35,471 bases of DNA from a virus (Duplodnaviria; Caudoviricetes): IMG/VR virus record IMGVR_UViG_3300030107_003312, positions 1 through 35,471 of that record; one strand, written 5' to 3'. The first letter of the stretch is position 1. Every line of letters begins with the position of its first letter. Positions 33,068 through 35,471 of the stretch are shown piece by piece. Both the position numbers and the translations under genes were made by a program. Below the pieces are notes generated by a model, which saw only the letters and a program-made list of their open reading frames with translations, made no database searches and was not told the origin of the DNA.

Positions 33068-35323
33068 TCATGCGGCGAAGATGTTCACCATTCGGTTTGC
33101 GATGACTCGACTGGCCTTCTTGCGTGAACCACCCTTGATGAATGCGTTCTTAATCTTCGCATAGGAGGCGTCATCGTCGAGGTTCTCAAGAGCATCAGTC
33201 TCAACCTTGAGGTTGCCCTTGACGAGGAAGTACTCGTCGTATGCACTCTCAAGAGTGATGAAGTTGTCCTTCTTGTACTGCTTGTTCAGTGCGGTGAACT
33301 CAGTATCCTCGACATGGTACTTCATGAAGTTGATGTGCTTGGAGTCGTGAAGACGGACACCGACGAGGTTCGTACCAGTGCGGTCTCGAAGCATGTTCAG
33401 AAGGGCGTCAGTCTGTCCACGGCTGCACAGACTGTTGAGGCCGACTTCGTACTGCTTCTTGGACTTCTTATCGACGATGAAGGTCTTACCGTCACCTCGA
33501 CGCCATGCTTCACGAACGAGTCCGTGTCCCTCACCGTCAGTCAGGAAGACTGTATTGACGATTTGAATACCGTTCTGGCGTTGGAACTCAGGAACCTGTT
33601 GCATCGCACTGACGATTGCTTCGTTCAGAGGCGTGCAACCGAGTGAGAGGCATCGAGGACATTGACTTGACCAGTGGTAGGACTGACTTGCGGTCAGTAC
33701 CCAGAAGTTATTCAACGCAGTGGCGAATTCCCTCTTGTTCATTCGACTGGACAGGAAGTTGTACAGTTGGAAGTCATGAGGAGTGGCATCGGTGTCACAG
33801 TCAGAAGTGTACTGCGAAGGACGGTCATTGTAGTACTTATCCCAATCTTCACTGTATCGTTCCAAGTTCTGAGGATAGTATCGATTGCTTGAGAAAGCAT
33901 AGACTTCGTAAGGAATTCCAACCTTACGGCAGAATTCGACGAGTACCAGAAGTTGCTCGACGGTATCCTTCAGAATACCAGCCATTGAACCACTCCAGTC
34001 AAGGTAAATCACCATACCGTGATTCTTCGCATCGGTGTGGACTTCATTCTTCAGAAAGATGTCTTCACTCCAACGGTAGTTAATCATGGTATTGGTATTC
34101 AGAACACCAGTCTTGGCGAATGATGTTCGTTTATCAGCATCGGCTGCTTGCTTCATCTGAAACTGTTGAACCATTCCACCCACGATACCCTTGATTGAGT
34201 TCATGTAAGTGGTCAATTCGTTGAGAATTTCCTGACGGGCAACAGTCTGTCGTTCGTCGAGTGAAATCTCGTTCCAAAGTTCCTCGATGGTCTTGAAGTC
34301 ACAAACGCATTCGTCGAGATTCATCGTAGGAAGAGTATTGTAGATGTATTCGCCAGAATTGCTGTCTCGCATCTCTTGAACACCACGCTCGAATGCGTTT
34401 TGAGTCGAACCGGCAGCATCCTGATTTGCTTGGTAATCGTCATAGGAAAGGTCACTTGCGTTCTCGCCAGTACCCATTTCACCTTCAGTCGATTCAGCAG
34501 ATTCACCGTCGTCGGTGTCATCAGTCATGCTGGCACCAGAATCTTCACCAGATTCGTCATCCTCGGCACCTGAAGCACCTTGGCCATCATTTTCACCCTC
34601 TTCACCGTCGCCGGTGGATGATGGAGCAGACTCGTCTTCACCAGATTCGTCATCGGATGATTCACCCGCACCAGACTCAGAACCGCCTTCTTGCGGTTGC
34701 TGTTCAGGTTGGTTTTGCTCATCCTCTTCCACTTGCATCTCGTAAAGTTCACGGGCGAGTTCGATGACCTCTTCAAAGGTCGTCGTTTCACCCATGCGAG
34801 TCACATACTGCTGTTCGTCAGCAGTGAAGGGAATTTGAACCAAACCGAACAATCCCAATTTGAAGTGGAGATTGAGTCGGTCGATAAGAGGAAGATTTGT
34901 GTCAAGAGTACGACCTGCGATTTCAAACAAATCACGGTCGTGGAGGTTCTTGTAAGCAGAAGCAAAGTCCCGACGAAGGCCAGGGAATTTGTCTTTAATC
35001 ATTCGTTCGATGCGGGCGTCTTCGACCACATTGACGAACATGTGACGCATACGGGCACCAGGTCCGTCACCGATGAAGTCCTGCCAACCTTCCATTGGAG
35101 TATGGAGGGCATGAGAGACTTCGTGGCCGACGAGCATGTCGTAAACCGAGTTATCCATGTCTTCCCATACAGGAAGAATCAGAGTACGAGATTCAGTGTC
35201 GAATGCCGCAGTTTCGGCATTCGCACTATGTTGGACAGTAATGTCTTCAGTGGCCATACACCGTGCAAGGATGTCCTTGACGGCTGTTCGGGGTTTGTTC
35301 GGTAGTGCAATTCCGTTGCTCAT
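33068..35323 (-). CDS. CobT-like protein: HExxH metallopeptidase-like N-terminus, acidic linker, vWA domain
   Basis: GHEVSHAL, NVVEDARIE, MIDAS YLDWSGSM, TPLNEA, FLTDGE; usually partners a MoxR/CobS ATPase, which is not in this window. Confidence 0.88.
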   Translation of the reverse strand: MSNGIALPNKPRTAVKDILARCMATEDITVQHSANAETAAFDTESRTLILPVWEDMDNSVYDMLVGHEVSHALHTPMEGWQDFIGDGPGARMRHMFVNVVEDARIERMIKDKFPGLRRDFASAYKNLHDRDLFEIAGRTLDTNLPLIDRLNLHFKLGLFGLVQIPFTADEQQYVTRMGETTTFEEVIELARELYEMQVEEDEQNQPEQQPQEGGSESGAGESSDDESGEDESAPSSTGDGEEGENDGQGASGAEDDESGEDSGASMTDDTDDGESAESTEGEMGTGENASDLSYDDYQANQDAAGSTQNAFERGVQEMRDSNSGEYIYNTLPTMNLDECVCDFKTIEELWNEISLDERQTVARQEILNELTTYMNSIKGIVGGMVQQFQMKQAADADKRTSFAKTGVLNTNTMINYRWSEDIFLKNEVHTDAKNHGMVIYLDWSGSMAGILKDTVEQLLVLVEFCRKVGIPYEVYAFSSNRYYPQNLERYSEDWDKYYNDRPSQYTSDCDTDATPHDFQLYNFLSSRMNKREFATALNNFWVLTASQSYHWSSQCPRCLSLGCTPLNEAIVSAMQQVPEFQRQNGIQIVNTVFLTDGEGHGLVREAWRRGDGKTFIVDKKSKKQYEVGLNSLCSRGQTDALLNMLRDRTGTNLVGVRLHDSKHINFMKYHVEDTEFTALNKQYKKDNFITLESAYDEYFLVKGNLKVETDALENLDDDASYAKIKNAFIKGGSRKKASRVIANRMVNIFAA

Positions 35324-35471
35324 ATGCATGGATCATAGCATAAAATGCCCCTCAAATGGGGGTCTGTATCGAAAAATGGGGAAAATAGATGATTTTATCG
35401 AAAAAAGACTGACACTATGTCGTCAGTGGCTAAGTCTAGGCCCCACAGGGGGTTACAGCCCGGCGGCTGAT

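Noticed and set aside
1-35471. tRNA genes or stop-codon reassignment
   Set aside because: No cloverleaf with a T-loop seen in intergenic DNA; core genes are intact in the standard code and all three stops are used

Overview
Segment of a large, AT-rich T4-like (myovirus-type) phage genome. Left part (+ strand) is the replication and nucleotide module: end of gp43 DNA polymerase, a Mom-like DNA-modification GNAT, uvsX, gp40, gp41 helicase, gp61 primase, thyX and class II nrdJ. It is followed by a host-like porin operon, a lipoprotein protease, a RuvC-like nuclease and putative lysis genes. The long middle and right part (mostly - strand, late-type TATA(A/C)ATA promoters) encodes apparent capsid-internal cargo proteins. 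Several of these are polyproteins of unrelated modules (cytidyltransferase, nuclease-like, SET, HNH, cationic amphipathic peptides) joined by acidic L-x-E linkers, five of which are encoded by an identical 21-bp DNA repeat. Two intergenic structured elements resemble host rRNA (16S 3' end/anti-SD and 23S H69-H71 region). Promoter and terminator layout suggests both are transcribed antisense to the rRNA. Porin style, Cys-rich GACC repeats and a PEP-CTERM-like tail point to a Planctomycetota (Phycisphaerae-like) host (inference). All assignments come from motif recognition by eye; no searches were run.
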